Source: Novakomyces olei (lineage: Eukaryota). Taken from it: 64,000 bases of DNA. Shown here one piece after another: positions 45,667-59,176 of the stretch. The notes under the pieces were generated by a model. That model saw nothing but the letters and a program-made list of their open reading frames with translations. It did no database searches and was not told the origin of the DNA. The position numbers were made by a program, and so were the translations under genes. The DNA is taken from positions 1,178,001 to 1,242,000 of the forward strand of contig JADEYG010000001.1 in the NCBI GenBank assembly GCA_016906335.1, given 5' to 3'. The stretch's first letter is position 1, and every line of letters begins with the position of its first letter.

Positions 45667-46584
45667 ATGGACGTTGAGTACGGTACCTTAGGCAGCGCGC
45701 GTGTCGCGCTGAACGAGTACGCTCAGACGGGCGCTTCATCTGCCTGCGATTGGCCAAGTGTACTGGCGCTTATTTGCTCGTATATTTCTGCGGTAAGTTG
45801 CAGCTTTATCTCTTTGATTCTGACGTTTAAGAACGTGCGCGATCTAAATCAAGATGCAAATCTGGAGGAGCGATTGGACGAGGAGGTAAATCCGCAGACC
45901 GTCCCGAGTGACGAGCAAGGATCAGCCGACGAATCAGCTAAACACGCGTTATCCATTTTACGCACAAATTTCGTAGATCGGCCTCCTCATACTGTGCAAA
46001 GATTGGGAGAATTGGCACTGCGGCCTACGGACTTTTATAAAAATGCTACAAAGTATGTCCATGCAGTGTGGCGGTGCGTACTGGTCACCAGTTCGTCTCT
46101 CGATTTTGGTCAGACAGATAATGTGGGGGAAAAAAGTGGCAGCGACGACGATGACCTTGATAATTCGTATGGCCGTGTTTACCTCATCCCGTGGCTGGAG
46201 GACAATGACCGTGGCATACCTACTTCTTTTGAACCATTGGCTTCCAATCAAGGATTGGAGGGTCTGGACCCGGAACACGCTACCTCTGGAACACTGCCCT
46301 CAGATCCTATACCTGAAGAGCCTATAGAGCCTACACCCGAAGAGCCTGTACCTGAAGATCCTTTACCTGAAGAGCCTATAGGCACCCAAGGCCTTTCAGA
46401 CTCGTTTGAGAATTCAGAAGCTCTAAGAGAGATTCATTCAGAGACACTGAACGGGATGCACGTGGACGATCCATTGGAAAATGGTACTTTGACTACCGAA
46501 CAAAGGCCCCTTGTGACAGAAGGCGCCCTAATCGTCGAGCAAGATACGGGCTTGTCTATTGACGATGACGGTATACTGGGGTAG
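45667..46584 (+). CDS. Protein phosphatase 4 regulatory subunit 2 (PPP4R2/Psy4-like) with an acidic tail
   Basis: FVDRPPHTVQRLGELALRP..Y....KYVHAVWRCVLVTSS; predicted 39-nt intron 45793-45831. Confidence 0.8.
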   Translation: MDVEYGTLGSARVALNEYAQTGASSACDWPSVLALICSYISAVSCSFISLILTFKNVRDLNQDANLEERLDEEVNPQTVPSDEQGSADESAKHALSILRTNFVDRPPHTVQRLGELALRPTDFYKNATKYVHAVWRCVLVTSSSLDFGQTDNVGEKSGSDDDDLDNSYGRVYLIPWLEDNDRGIPTSFEPLASNQGLEGLDPEHATSGTLPSDPIPEEPIEPTPEEPVPEDPLPEEPIGTQGLSDSFENSEALREIHSETLNGMHVDDPLENGTLTTEQRPLVTEGALIVEQDTGLSIDDDGILG

Positions 46585-46765
46585 AAGATCATTTAATCCT
46601 AACAATCGGATTATTACTACACGAACAGCGCTTGTACAAGCAAGGAAAACAACAGGCAAAAATAAAAATGGAATAAATCGGGAAAAAGAAAATTCAAAAA
46701 TAAAATTCAAAAACTTCACAATCAAGTCGAGCCGAGATGGGCAGATGTGGCAGTGACGACCGAGT

Positions 46766-49700
46766 TTAAAACACAAAATAATTGGTCGTTAGAGGAAGAG
46801 TGTGGCTCGGCTCGCACGTCATATGAACACTGTCTGCGAGTACTTTGTACGTTTCCGGATCAACGTGCATATCGGGTCGGTAGTCGTTCAAAAGCATAGA
46901 CTTTTTCGTGATATTACGGCAATTTTCAACGGCAACACACCGTTTCTTTAACCCATACTCGGCAGGCTTTTCACCGTCAATGGATGCACGAGACATGAAT
47001 GTAATCGAACGTTCAGGCACATTTGCTCCAAACATGGGCCGAATATATGTAGGTTCAACCGTTGGAATCGAGCCATTTGCATCGCCCATTACAGCGTGGG
47101 CTAAATAGTTAGCTCTATTTTCGTGGTTCCAAATTATTTTAAAATCATACTTATCATGCCGCCTTTAATGACCATCGAAGGTCGTGAACCGAAATTGAAC
47201 GGAGTCCAGAGCACGAGATCAGCAAATTTACCGACTTCAACGGATCCCAGAACGGAGGAGCATCCGTGTCCAATTGCTGGATTAATCGTATACTTTGCAA
47301 TATACCGTTTGACTCGATAATTGTCCACACCAGTACCTTCGTCTTGCGGCAAGAGGCCTCGTTGAACCTTGTTTTTATGGGCAGTTTTCCATGTTCGCAG
47401 AATCACTTCACCACACCGGCCCATTGCTTGTGAGTCTGAAGAAATCATACTGATTGCTCCCAAATCGTGCAAAACATCCTCTGCTGCGATTGTCTCTGCT
47501 CGAATACGCGATTCAGCAAACGCCACGTCTTCAGGAATATCACGTGACAGGTGGTGGCACACCATAAGCATGTCTTCAATTAGTTTTAGCATTTAAGGCT
47601 GTGGAGGCAACAGAAACAAATAAAGAATGGCATGGCAAAGATCAAAGAAATTTCCAAATAAAGTATGGATAAAAACTCGGCAAAAAAACAAAAGTAAAAA
47701 TGTGGAGATAAAGTCAAATTAAACGCCAGAGAATCCAAAAAAAAGCAATATTTATACCCAAATGCTCGTCCAGAGTATTCGATGTGTATGGCCGGGTAGG
47801 ATTTGTGCTCGAGGGCAAAACATTTTCTGTGCCTACTACGGAGATAATATCAGGAGCGTGTCCTCCTCCAGCGCCCTCAGTGTGATAAGTATGAATAGTA
47901 CGGCCTTTAAAAGCGTTCACCGTGCCTTCAACGTAGGATGACTCGTTCAGTGTGTCTGTGTGAATAAGGCACTGCACGTCATAATCATCACACACGCTTA
48001 GAATATTAGTATGTTTAATTAAAGTTATTTCACTCGTTGTTCAATTTGATATTTCTTCCGTCCTTGTTATTCATTTCTATTCGTTTTCATTTGAAAGTTA
48101 TCGTTTCTTTTATTATATATATATTTTCTGTTGTACCTCAAACAATTGTCGATAGCAGCAGGAGTACTGCCCCAGTCTTCGTGCAATTTCAATCCACAAA
48201 CTCCCGCTTTAATTTGCTCTTCAAGTGCAACTTTATCGCCACTATCATTACCCTTACCAGTAAGACCAACGTTGATGGGGAATTCGTCGAGACTTTGCAG
48301 CATGCCTTTTATTATATCCGGCGAGGGTGTGCAAGTGGTCGCATTCGTGCCTGTACTTGGCCCTGTGCCACCACCGAGGATTGATGTTACACCACTCGTC
48401 AGAAGCTCGTTAATCTGTTGTGGACAAATAAAATGGACGTGTGTATCAAAGCCACCAGCTGTTACAATTTTGCCCTCTGCTGCTATTACATCAGTAGAGC
48501 TGCCGATTACCATGCCAGGTGTGACTCCGTCCATGACGTCAGGGTTTCCTGCCTTGCCAATACCCGATATGAATCCGTTCTTGATACCAATGTCCGCCTA
48601 AAATTAGTATTTGCATCGATATCAAAGAAGCAAATTGAAAAAAAAAAATAGAAAATAAAAAAAAATAGAAAAAGGCGAGAAAATCAGAATTGGCCTAAAT
48701 TCAAATCAAACTTATGGAAGAATGCAAAATAAATTGGCTTAGAGCAACTAAACAACGGCAACCCACCTTGTAAATACCGGAATAATCAATCACAAGAGCA
48801 TTAATTATGGCTGTGTCGAGCGTATCCTCTGCAGACCAGCCACTTGCTTGCCCCATGCCGTCTCTCACTACTTTGCCTCCACCAAAAGTACATTCGTCGC
48901 CATATGTAGTCCGATCACTCTCGACGCGCACCCACAGCGCGGTATCACCAAGACGGATTCGATCACCAACCGTTGGTCCGTACATCTGAGCATAGTCTGA
49001 ACGACTGATCGTAAAAGGTCGGAGTGATTTGGCAGAAATTTCTGGTGCGGGTGTATGGTGGAAATTTTCTGCCACCAGTTTGCTCACAATACGGTTTACA
49101 CGGGCCTTGGAAACGGGACCTGAAGCAAGAGCGTTGCCCCCGGAAATGATCAGTTTCCCTCCAATCGGGACGAGCGTCACTGTCTTTGTTACGCCAGGCT
49201 CAAAGCGCACTGCTGTTCCAGCCGCGAGATCCAGGCGCCGTCCGTAAGCCTGCACACGATCAAAGTCCAAAGCACCGTTTGTTTCAATAAAGTGGTAATG
49301 CGATCCGATCTTTGATTAGATCATTTAGAAAAGAAACAAAGAAACGAGTAAATAATGAATGAATGAAAATGAATGACAAAAAGGTAATTTGAAATGGGGA
49401 AGGCCAGCTGTGTCTAGCAACAAAAATAATATTCTGCAAAAGGCATATTAAAGGCAAACTTGTAAAATTTGAAGTAGATAGTTTCAGTCTGTAAAAGGTG
49501 TCATACCTGTATCGGACGATCGCCTCGATTAACGACTTTCAATTGAATTCGTGGGCGGCCTTTATTGATTTCAATTGCATCCGCATCGTCCACAATAACG
49601 GCGCCCGGTTGGGCGTCTGGCAGGTACAGAGTGTCATCATCAAGCGGAAACTTTTCATTATCTGGAATCTGGAAAAAGCTGCCGTACAAAGCCAATTCGA

Positions 49701-50102
49701 GATCACCGTCAACTGTAGCAATAGGCTGGTGAATTGTGACCAAATACTAGGCATTAGCAACCACTGCATGATGTTAATTGAATTAAATTAGCGCTTACCG
49801 AGCCATCAGGAAAAGTGCCTTCAACCATAAGTTCATGCAGTCCATCAACTACTGCCGGCTGTATGTTAGCTTTGTTTTACGAATTGACTTACCAAGACAT
49901 GGCGTTTGCCAAGCATACGTTTGCCGAGATCCATAAGTTGCGCAACTGTGTGGCGACCATCGCGAATAAGTTCATGCAATTGTGAGGCAATAAGGCACCG
50001 TGCTTCTTCCAGATTTAGCCTGCAACCCCTTGCCAATCTTTTTTGGGCAAGAACACCCAGCTGGTGCGTGAGCAACTTGTCTACTTCGCGCGGCTGCAAC
50101 AT
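46766..50102 (-). CDS. URE1: Urease, single-chain fungal type; multi-exon
   Basis: [69 protein letters not shown]. Confidence 0.97.
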
Positions 50103-50410
50103 TTCCGTCCGCGTGTTGTGTGATTGGATATAACTGCTGTTCCGATATAGTTTAGTGCAGGTACACTAAGACACGTACCCGACTTGAGATCAAAAGATCA
50201 TTTAAATTTTATAGTGCCATTCTACAAAGCTAAAAAACGAGCCATTGACTTGATTCTGCAACTATATTTGACTTGAACTATCGAACAAAGCGGAACGCCG
50301 TCCTACCCCAATACCCACAATCAAAAAGATTTAATGAAACGCGGAGATAGATACCGATTTCATGTCACATTCTTTTAGATACGCACCATTTTCGCTATAC
50401 GTTCAAGCTA

Positions 50411-50453
50411 TAACCCTAACTAACCCTGATGCCCTTAAACTCTGGAACCCTGA
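50411..50453. promoter_or_regulatory. TAACCCTAACTAACCCTGA motif in the urease/RPB1 divergent region
   Basis: Cores at 50414 and 50424. Confidence 0.6.
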
Positions 50454-51230
50454 TTATTTATATAGGTTCGCGAAGGATGCCTAAACTGGGGGGACCGTAT
50501 TTATGAATGGAGATTGCGCGTCCAAGTCTTTATTCTTGAATATTCATTGATGATGCGCTTCTTTGGCCTTGCCTTTCTAATTTTTTTTTCCAAAAGAGCA
50601 CATTTAAGGATTAAGAGAGTTCAAAATTCTGACGCCTTGAAATTGTTTCCGAAACGTAAATATCAGCTTAAATGAATTAATAGCGATTTATTTAAAAAGC
50701 ATTTTACTTTGGGCTCCTATTCCACCTAAAAATAAGACTAAGCATTTATTATTACACCGTAATTAAAGATTTGGCATACAAATATTTATCATAGCAAAAA
50801 GTAATGCAACTGATCTGACTTAAGATGACACACACGACAAAGCACAAAGCAAAACGAATCAATTCTTGTACGCGCAAAGTCGAGCCGCCCACGTTAGCCG
50901 ACTTGTAAAAGTACCGAACTTTTTGGTCCAATATATTTATTTATTAACAGATGCACCGATGAACCAATATTATACACAAGTAATGTTGTAAGCCAAATTA
51001 TGACAAGAACAGGGTTTTCTGCGAAGAGTATTTGATCCTTTTGAAAGCCGTAAAAATACTGATCTCTCAAAAGCACAGACGGACGCCTTTGGCGACGGAG
51101 TCGGTTTAGCAGTACAAGTTTTGTTTCAAAGAAAACTTACGTTTCGCCAAAACCAAAGACGGATCAACTCAAAAACAAGAAGCAAAAACATTATTAGCGC
51201 GGCGGATCGTGCGCGCACGACTCTTGCGCC

Positions 51231-54200
51231 ATGTCGGGCGTTCAGGTGTGCTTAATCGCTTGCATACGACTTTACACATAAATGACTAACCTTTCAAAGT
51301 TCGCACCGTCCTCCGTGCCGCTGCGGCGTATTGAGGAGATCCAGTTCGGGATCTTGTCACCTCAAGAGATCCGCGCCATGAGTGTCGCAAAGATCGAGGT
51401 GTGTTCTTTCAACGAACAAGCGCGCGTTTGCGTGTAAATGTGTAAAGAAAGTCTTTATTAACAATGTTACAGTATCCCGAGACCATGGACGAATCACAGC
51501 GGCCGCGTATTGGTGGACTGCTCGATCCTCGGCTGGGCAGTATCGACCGCAACTTTAAGTGCCAAACCGTATGCTCTCTCTCAATAAAAATAATCTTGTT
51601 TTGTCAAAGTCTTTTTTTTTCACATAGAAGTTTTCACGGCTTTTCTTTTGTATTGTTTCTTGACTAAAAAATTTCATTTAAAGTGTGGCGAAGGCATGCA
51701 AGAATGTCCTGGGCATTTTGGCCATATTGACTTGGCAAAACCAGTATTTCATATCGGGTTTCTCGGTAAAGTCATCAAAATTCTGCAATGTGTTTGCTGG
51801 AATTGTGGAAAATTGAAGGTCGATGAGGATAATCCTCAAATGAAATTAGCTCTTCGTCTACGAGACCCGCGACGCCGACTCTTGGCTGTTTGGAATATCT
51901 GCAAGTCAAAGATGTTATGCGAAGTATCGGGCAACAAGGATGAAGGAGGCTCATCGCACGGGGGCTGCGGTAATCCTCAGCCAGTCATCCGCCGTGATGG
52001 TTTGCGTCTTTGGGGCAGTTGGAAGCGTTCAAAAGACGAGTCGGATCAGCCCGATCGTCGCCTGCTTCCGGCTATTGACGTGCACAGCGTGCTGAAGCAT
52101 ATCTCTATGCATGATATGTTTTTGATGGGTCTGAGTGAAGATTATGCTCCTCCCGACTCGATGATTATTACGGTGCTGCCCGTACCACCGCCTGCTGTCA
52201 GACCCAGCATTTCTGTCGACGGAAGCTCTCGGGGGGAGGACGATTTAACTCACAAACTGTCCGATATTATCAAAGCGAATGCCGCCTTACGTAGATGTGA
52301 TCTGGAAGGCGCTCCTGCCCATGTTGTAAATGAGTATGAGCAGTTGCTACAGTTTCATGTGGCTACGTACATGGACAATGATATAGCCGGTCAACCACAA
52401 GCTCTACAAAAATCAGGAAGGCCGCTCAAGTCTATTCGAGCACGGCTCAAGGGCAAAGAAGGCCGTTTGCGTGGAAATCTTATGGGTAAACGTGTCGATT
52501 TTTCAGCCCGTACAGTTATTACTGGCGACCCTATATTAGGGTTAGACGAGGTTGGTGTACCTCGCAGTATTGCAAGGACTCTTACATACCCGGAAGCCGT
52601 AACGCCTTTTAACATTCAGTTTTTGCAGGAACTTGTACGCAATGGTCCCAATGAGCATCCTGGTGCCAAGTACATTATCCGTGATACTGGTGAACGTATT
52701 GATTTACGTTACCATAAAAGAGCGGGTGATATTCCTTTACAGTACGGGTGGAAAGTAGAAAGACATCTTTTGGACGGTGATGTTGTCATTTTCAACCGGC
52801 AGCCGTCTTTGCACAAATTCTCCATGTTGGGGCATAAAGTGAGGATTTTACCTTATTCCACTTTTCGTATGAACTTGAGCTGTACGCCTCCGTATAATGC
52901 TGATTTTGATGGGGACGAAATGAACTTGCATGTGCCCCAATCAGAGGAAACAAAGGCAGAAATAAAGGAAATAGCTCTTGTGAGTAGGAACATTGTTTCC
53001 CCTCAATCAAACAAGCCTATTATGGGCGTTGTTCAGGATACGCTTACTGGTGTGAGAAAGATGACAAAACGTGATATTTTCCTGGACCGTGCAGCGATGA
53101 TGAACATACTTCTTTGGGTACCTGGATGGGATGGTCATCTTCCACCGCCTGCGATTATAAAGCCAAATCAGCTTTGGACAGGCAAGCAAGTTCTCAGTAT
53201 GGTTATTCCAAAAGGGATCAATCTTATCAGAGATGATGACAAGCAAACTCCGTGTCCGGAGAATGATAGTGGCATGTTTATCGAAAACGGTGAGATCATC
53301 TATGGTATTGTTGATAAAAAGACGGTAGGATCGTCACAGGGCGGTTTGGTTCATGTTATTTTTCGAGAGAAAGGCGGCCAAATTTGCACAGGATTCTTCA
53401 ATGGCATTCAGCTTGTTGTAAATTATTGGCTTTTACATAATGGATTTAGTATCGGCATTGGTGATACTATTGCCGATACCGCTACAATGCGTGACATCAC
53501 AAACACTGTAACGGAGGCCAAGGAGGCTGTGCAAAGGACCATTTTAGATGCCCAACGTAATAAGTTGCAGCCAGAACCGGGAATGACGTTGCGTGAATCG
53601 TTTGAGAGCAAAGTCAGCCGAATTTTGAATCAGGCTCGTGATACTGCAGGTAGATCTGCGGAAAAGTCGCTTAAAGATTCAAACAATGTCAAACAGATGG
53701 TGGCCTCTGGTGCAAAGGGGTCCTTTATCAATATTTCTCAAATGTCTGCATGTGTGGGTCAACAAATTGTGGAGGGGAAGCGTATTCCATTTGGATTCAA
53801 GTACCGAACGCTCCCACACTTTACCAAGGACGATTATTCTCCAGAATCCCGCGGATTTATTGAGAATTCGTACCTACGTGGGCTCACACCACAAGAATTC
53901 TTTTTCCACGCTATGGCGGGGCGAGAGGGTTTGATTGATACTGCTGTAAAGACGGCAGAAACCGGGTATATTCAGCGCCGTCTTGTAAAGGCCATGGAGG
54001 ACGTTATGGTCAAATATGATGGTACTGTCCGCAATTCCCTCGGCGAAATTTTACAGTTTGCCTATGGTGAAGATGGGCTTGATGGCGCTACTGTGGAATA
54101 CCAGACCTTTGATAGTCTTCGCATGTCTAACGCGGCGTTTGAAAAACGATACAAGATTGACTTGATGGAAGATAAAGAGTTTTCACGTCTACTCGATGAG

Positions 54201-56798
54201 TCTTATGAGAATGATTTGGATTGCCAGCACACTCTTGATGAAGAGTATGAACAGCTCACAAAAGACAGACATACTTTGCGAACCATCTTCAAGAGTGGCG
54301 ATGCTCGTTGGCCATTGCCAGTAAATTTGCAGCGTCTGGTGCAAAATGCTCAACAAATTTTCCACATTGACCGTCGCAGTATCTGCAACTTCAGTCCTGT
54401 TGAAGTGGTGGAGAAAGTTCGTAGTCTTTGTGACTCGCTGACTGTTTTCCGTGGCAGCGATAGTATTACAAAAGAAGCTCAGGAAAATGCAACTCTTCTT
54501 ATGCAGATACTACTTCGCTCTCGTTTGGCCACACGAAGAGTGGTGGAAGAATATAGACTAAATAAAATTGCACTTGAATGGATTATTGGGGAGATTTCAT
54601 TCAAGTTTGCTGTTAGTATTGCTAATCCGGGTGAGATGGTGGGTGCCTTAGCGGCACAGTCAATTGGTGAGCCTGCAACTCAAATGACACTCAATACGTT
54701 TCATTATGCCGGTGTGTCATCGAAGAACGTAACTCTTGGTGTTCCTCGGTTGAAGGAAATTTTGGGTGTCGCGAAAAACATAAAGACTCCATCGTTGACG
54801 ATTTATTTAAAACCTGAAATTTCTCGTGATGTGGAATTGGCTAAACAGGTTCAAACCGCGATTGAGCATACATCACTGCGCAAAGTTACGTCTTGCACAG
54901 AGATTTTCTACGATCCGGATCCACAGGATACTGTGATTGATGAGGACAAGGAATTTGTAGAGGCCTATTTTGCTATCCCTGACGAGGAAGTTGAGGCAAA
55001 TCTGCACCGACAGTCCCCATGGCTTTTGCGCTTGGAGCTTGATCGTGCAAAGATGCTGGACAAGAAGCTTACTATGAGTGACGTAGCGGGTAAAATCAGG
55101 GAAAGTTTCCAGCGTGACTTGTTTACGATCTGGTCGGAGGATAATGCAGACAAGTTGATCATCCGTTGCAGAATTTTGCGTGAGGAAAACAAGGACATGG
55201 ACGAGGAGGAAACGGGTCCGGAAGACACGTTTTTGCGAACAATCCAGGGTCACATGCTGGACCAGCTCAACCTCAAAGGTGTCCCGGGTATAACTCGTGT
55301 CTTCATGATGGAGCATAAGAAAACGTATATTGATCAGAACGGAGAGTTCCAAAGGGGCGACGAATGGGTTCTGGAAACGGACGGAATCAATTTTGCCCAA
55401 GTCCTTATTGAAGAAGATGTAGATGAAACGCGTCTGTACTCAAACTCCTTTGTTGAAATTTTGGAAGTGTTGGGTATTGAGGCAACCAGGTCGGCTCTAC
55501 TCCGCGAGCTCCGTAATGTTATCGAATTTGATGGCTCCTATGTGAACTATAGACATCTTGCTTTGCTGTGTGATGTTATGACCTGCCATGGTCATTTGAT
55601 GGCCGTCAGCCGTCATGGTATCAACAGGGCAGAGACAGGTGTGCTCATGCGGGCTTCGTTTGAGGAGACGGTGGAGATACTGATGGATGCAGCTTCTTCA
55701 GGTGAACTGGATCCCTGCAAAGGAGTCTCGGAGAGCATTGTTCTGGGTCAGCAAGCCAGGCTGGGAACAGGAGAGATGGACGTTGTACTGGACGAGAAAA
55801 TGCTTTATAATTATGCCAGCAGTCTGCCTGTGCAAAATTTTGCTGCTGCGGCAATCGCCTTTGGCAAAACGCCTCTTCCTGACGGAGGATCAGCCACTCC
55901 GTACGATGACCGTTCGCCCTTGGCTGACAGTGGCTACATTGGCTCTGATAGCGAGGGAGCTGCCTTTTCACCTATTGTTCAATCTGGTGGCGAGTCTCCC
56001 ACCGGCTTTGGATCTGGATATGCCGATATGATCCAAAGCCCCTACGGAGCTGGTGGAGCTAGTCCTGCGCCCATGTCACCTTTCGGAGCTGTGTCTCCAG
56101 GCTACAGTCCTCAGTCCCCGGGCTATGCTCCAACGAGTCCTTTTGCTACTGCCTCTCCAGCCTATTCGCCAGGTCAGGTTGGTTATGGTATGGCCAGCCC
56201 GGCTCCAAGAGGTATGGCCAGTCCTGGGTTTGCTTTGACATCCCCTTCGTACTCTCCAACCTCGCCAAGTTACACTGCCAAGTCGCCGGCTTACTCGCCT
56301 ACGAGTCCGAGCTATTCTCCGACGAGTCCGGCTTACTCACCGACGAGTCCGAGCTATTCGCCGACGAGTCCGAGCTATTCGCCGACAAGTCCGAGCTACT
56401 CGCCAACTTCTCCTCAGTACTCGCCAACTTCGCCTCAGTACTCGCCAACTTCTCCGCAGTACTCGCCAACTTCTCCTCAATACTCGCCAACTTCTCCTCA
56501 ATACTCGCCAACGTCTCCGCAGTACTCACCAACGTCTCCGCAGGACTCACAAACTTCTCCGCAGTACTCGCCTACTTCTCCGCAGTACTCGCCTACTTCG
56601 CCTCAGTATTCGCCTACTTCTCCCCAGTACTCTCCTACATCTCCTCAATTCTCACCGACAAGTCCGCAATACTCTCCTACCAGCCCGCAATACTCTCCGA
56701 CTAGCCCACAATATTCACCGACTAGTCCTCAGTATTCCCCTACATCTCCTTCTTATGAACCGACATCACCAAAATACTCGCCTACTTCGCCGCGTTGA
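51231..56798 (+). CDS. RPB1: RNA polymerase II largest subunit
   Basis: Exons 51231-51245, 51300-51398, 51473-51568, 51684-56798; NADFDGD active site; 26-heptad CTD at 56250-56795. Confidence 0.99.
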
Positions 56799-57046
56799 GA
56801 TTTGTTTGATCTGCCACTTATTATCTCACGTTTTTCAGATTCTTTTGAATGAACGTCTGCTATAGCTACATATACATATACTAAAAATTTTTGTTGGGCC
56901 ATAATTTATTTATTTGATCAGGATTTTGACCATACGATGTCTATTAGACTGGTTTTGCGAGCAGGCTAAGAAACGGTTGGTCTCGAAAGTGATTGGGAGG
57001 TAGGCTTTGAATTTAGCAGCCAATCTATAGTAATAGGCTTTTGTGT

Positions 57047-57122
57047 AAGGGTTAGTTAGGGTTAGTTAGGGTTAGTAAAGACTAATTCAGGGTTAATAGA
57101 TTGCGCAACCCTAGCTAACCCT
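57047..57122. promoter_or_regulatory. (AGGGTTAGTT)3 plus an inverted AACCCTAGCTAACCCT pair upstream of SWD1
   Basis: AGGG at 57048, 57058, 57068; CCCT at 57109, 57119. Confidence 0.6.
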
Positions 57123-57246
57123 TTTACCAACATTCCTCAGCTAAAGGCAAAAACCAATTATACAAATACACCTTCCATATAAAGATTAAGGTGCGAGACG
57201 AGAGCTATGTATTTTATTAAAACACGCTGAAAGTGCGACATGAGTA

Positions 57247-58942
57247 ATGAACTATGAGCTGTTGGCACCGTTCGCACAGGACTATCCAGAATCTTTAACA
57301 AGGTCCATATTTGCAGGTCATGCGACAGCGATTCGCTTTAACCGTAAAGGCGATTACCTGGCAGCGGGATTGGTTGATGGTGGAATTGTAATTTGGGATC
57401 TTGCGACATGGAAGGCGGCGTTTGTCCTTCGTGGACATACGCGTACCATCCAATCAGTGCGGTAAGATTCTAATATGAAATCACGTCAACTAATATCAGA
57501 TGGTCGGATGATGGCCGATATCTGCTCTCAGCTGCTCGCGACTCGAAGATAGTTCTTTGGGATTTGGAGACGCGTACAGAAAGATATACCATTCGCACTA
57601 ATTCTCCTGTATGGATGGCTGATTTGCACCCCAATGATATGTATGGTTTGATTGACTCTGGTTTGTTGTAATTGGCCTTTACTTTTCATGAGTTTATTCT
57701 GTTTTTAAGTTTTTTGTTTTCAGGTTAAATTCGTTTCCAAAATGTTTTACGTTTGCTGTATCGTCTGTATGAAATTCTGTTTTCTATTGTGTAATATAAA
57801 CTTCCTTTCAACTATCGCGTATTTCTCTTTTGTTCTGTTTTTGAGAATAAAATTATGCATCTGTCTTTTTTTCAATTGCTCGAGCTAATTTCAGAAACAC
57901 TGTTTGTGCTGCCTTGGTAGACGAAAACCCTATGCTTGTACATGTTAATGAGGACGGTATTCAGAGGGCAATATTACCCTCCCAGCCAATTGCGGCTGGT
58001 GCTGAAGCAAATGGCGCACAGTCACGGCAACAGCTTACCTTAGTATGCCAGTTTGATCCTTCTGGAAAATATATTTATGGGGGGACTTCGCGGGGATGGT
58101 TAAACGTGATTGATTATGACACTTGCGAAATTGTGCATTCATACAGGATAACTGCTTCAACGTTGAAAGAAATAAGGTTTACGCTTAGTAAAAAATTCAT
58201 GGTGACAAATTCTACAGACAGAGTCATCCGAACAATGCCCACATACCCACATCGAAGGGCCATGTCAGATGACGAGGAGGAAAAAGAAGACGAAGAAATC
58301 GATCAGGAAATGGATGATGTAGACGCAGATGAAAAGGAGCGTCATGAGAAAAAAGACGATTTACAAATAGAGCACAAGTTTCAAGATCAAATTAACAGGT
58401 TGCAATGGAATTCTTGTGCCTTTTCTGCCAACAGCGATTATGTAATGGCCTCCACTTATCAGAGTACGCATGATATCTACGTTTGGGAAAGGAATATGGG
58501 CAGTTTAGTGAAGATTTTGGAGGGTCCTCGAGAAGAACTTACAGATATTGACTGGCATCCGGTGCAGCCAATGGTGGCTGCTATTGGGATAGACACCGGT
58601 GCTATTTATATTTGGTCGGTTGAACACGTAGAATCCTGGAGTGCTTTTGCACCTGACTTTACTGAGCTCGAAGAAAACGCTTTTTATGAGGAAAGGGAAG
58701 ACGAGTTTGATATCTTACCGGGCGACAATGGACTCCGAAAGCAAAAGCTTCCTAACACTTTAGAAGAACAAATTAGTGTGGTGGGATCCTTTCAGCCGGA
58801 CATATTTATAATGCCTGTTGCTTTGGAGGATGATAGCGGCGTAGCTGACCCTGCACAAGACGACGAGGCCCCCGTTATTGAGAGCAATGGCAAGATTTTA
58901 TCACAGGATCTTCCAGAAACTGCTCGCAAGCGCAAGCGGTGA
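57247..58942 (+). CDS. SWD1: COMPASS/Set1C subunit Swd1 (RBBP5), 3 exons
   Basis: LLAPFAQDYPESL..RFNRKGDYLAAG; EHKFQDQINRLQW; GSLVKILEGPREEL; WSAFAPDFTELEENAFYEEREDEFD. Confidence 0.95.
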
Positions 58943-59176
58943 AGAAAGGAATTAGATAAATATTATGTGCTCCATTTTTCAATAGACTTATTTTTCCAGG
59001 TTCTTAAATTTAACCAGAACATTTTTTGTGGGGGTACAAAAATCTAATAGTACTAATAAATAGTGCGCAATCTCGCTTTCTAGTGCATCAGGGCTAGGGT
59101 TAGTTAGGGTTGTGAGTTGCAGTTGTAAAACGGTAGATTAATTATCAATTTTTGACAATCTATAGGACAACCTTCT

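Noticed and set aside
23228-50102. Allantoate-family permease plus urease as a nitrogen-catabolism cluster; VPS28 plus BRO1 as an ESCRT cluster
   Set aside because: Separated by several unrelated genes, and the permease substrate is unknown
50545-50635. Possible C/D-box snoRNA (TGATGA at 50548, CTGA at 50629, TTAAGAGAGT complementary to LSU rRNA ACTCTCTTAA)
   Set aside because: The 10-nt match is 8 nt away from the D box, and there is no terminal stem or clear C'/D' box; a snoscan run would settle it
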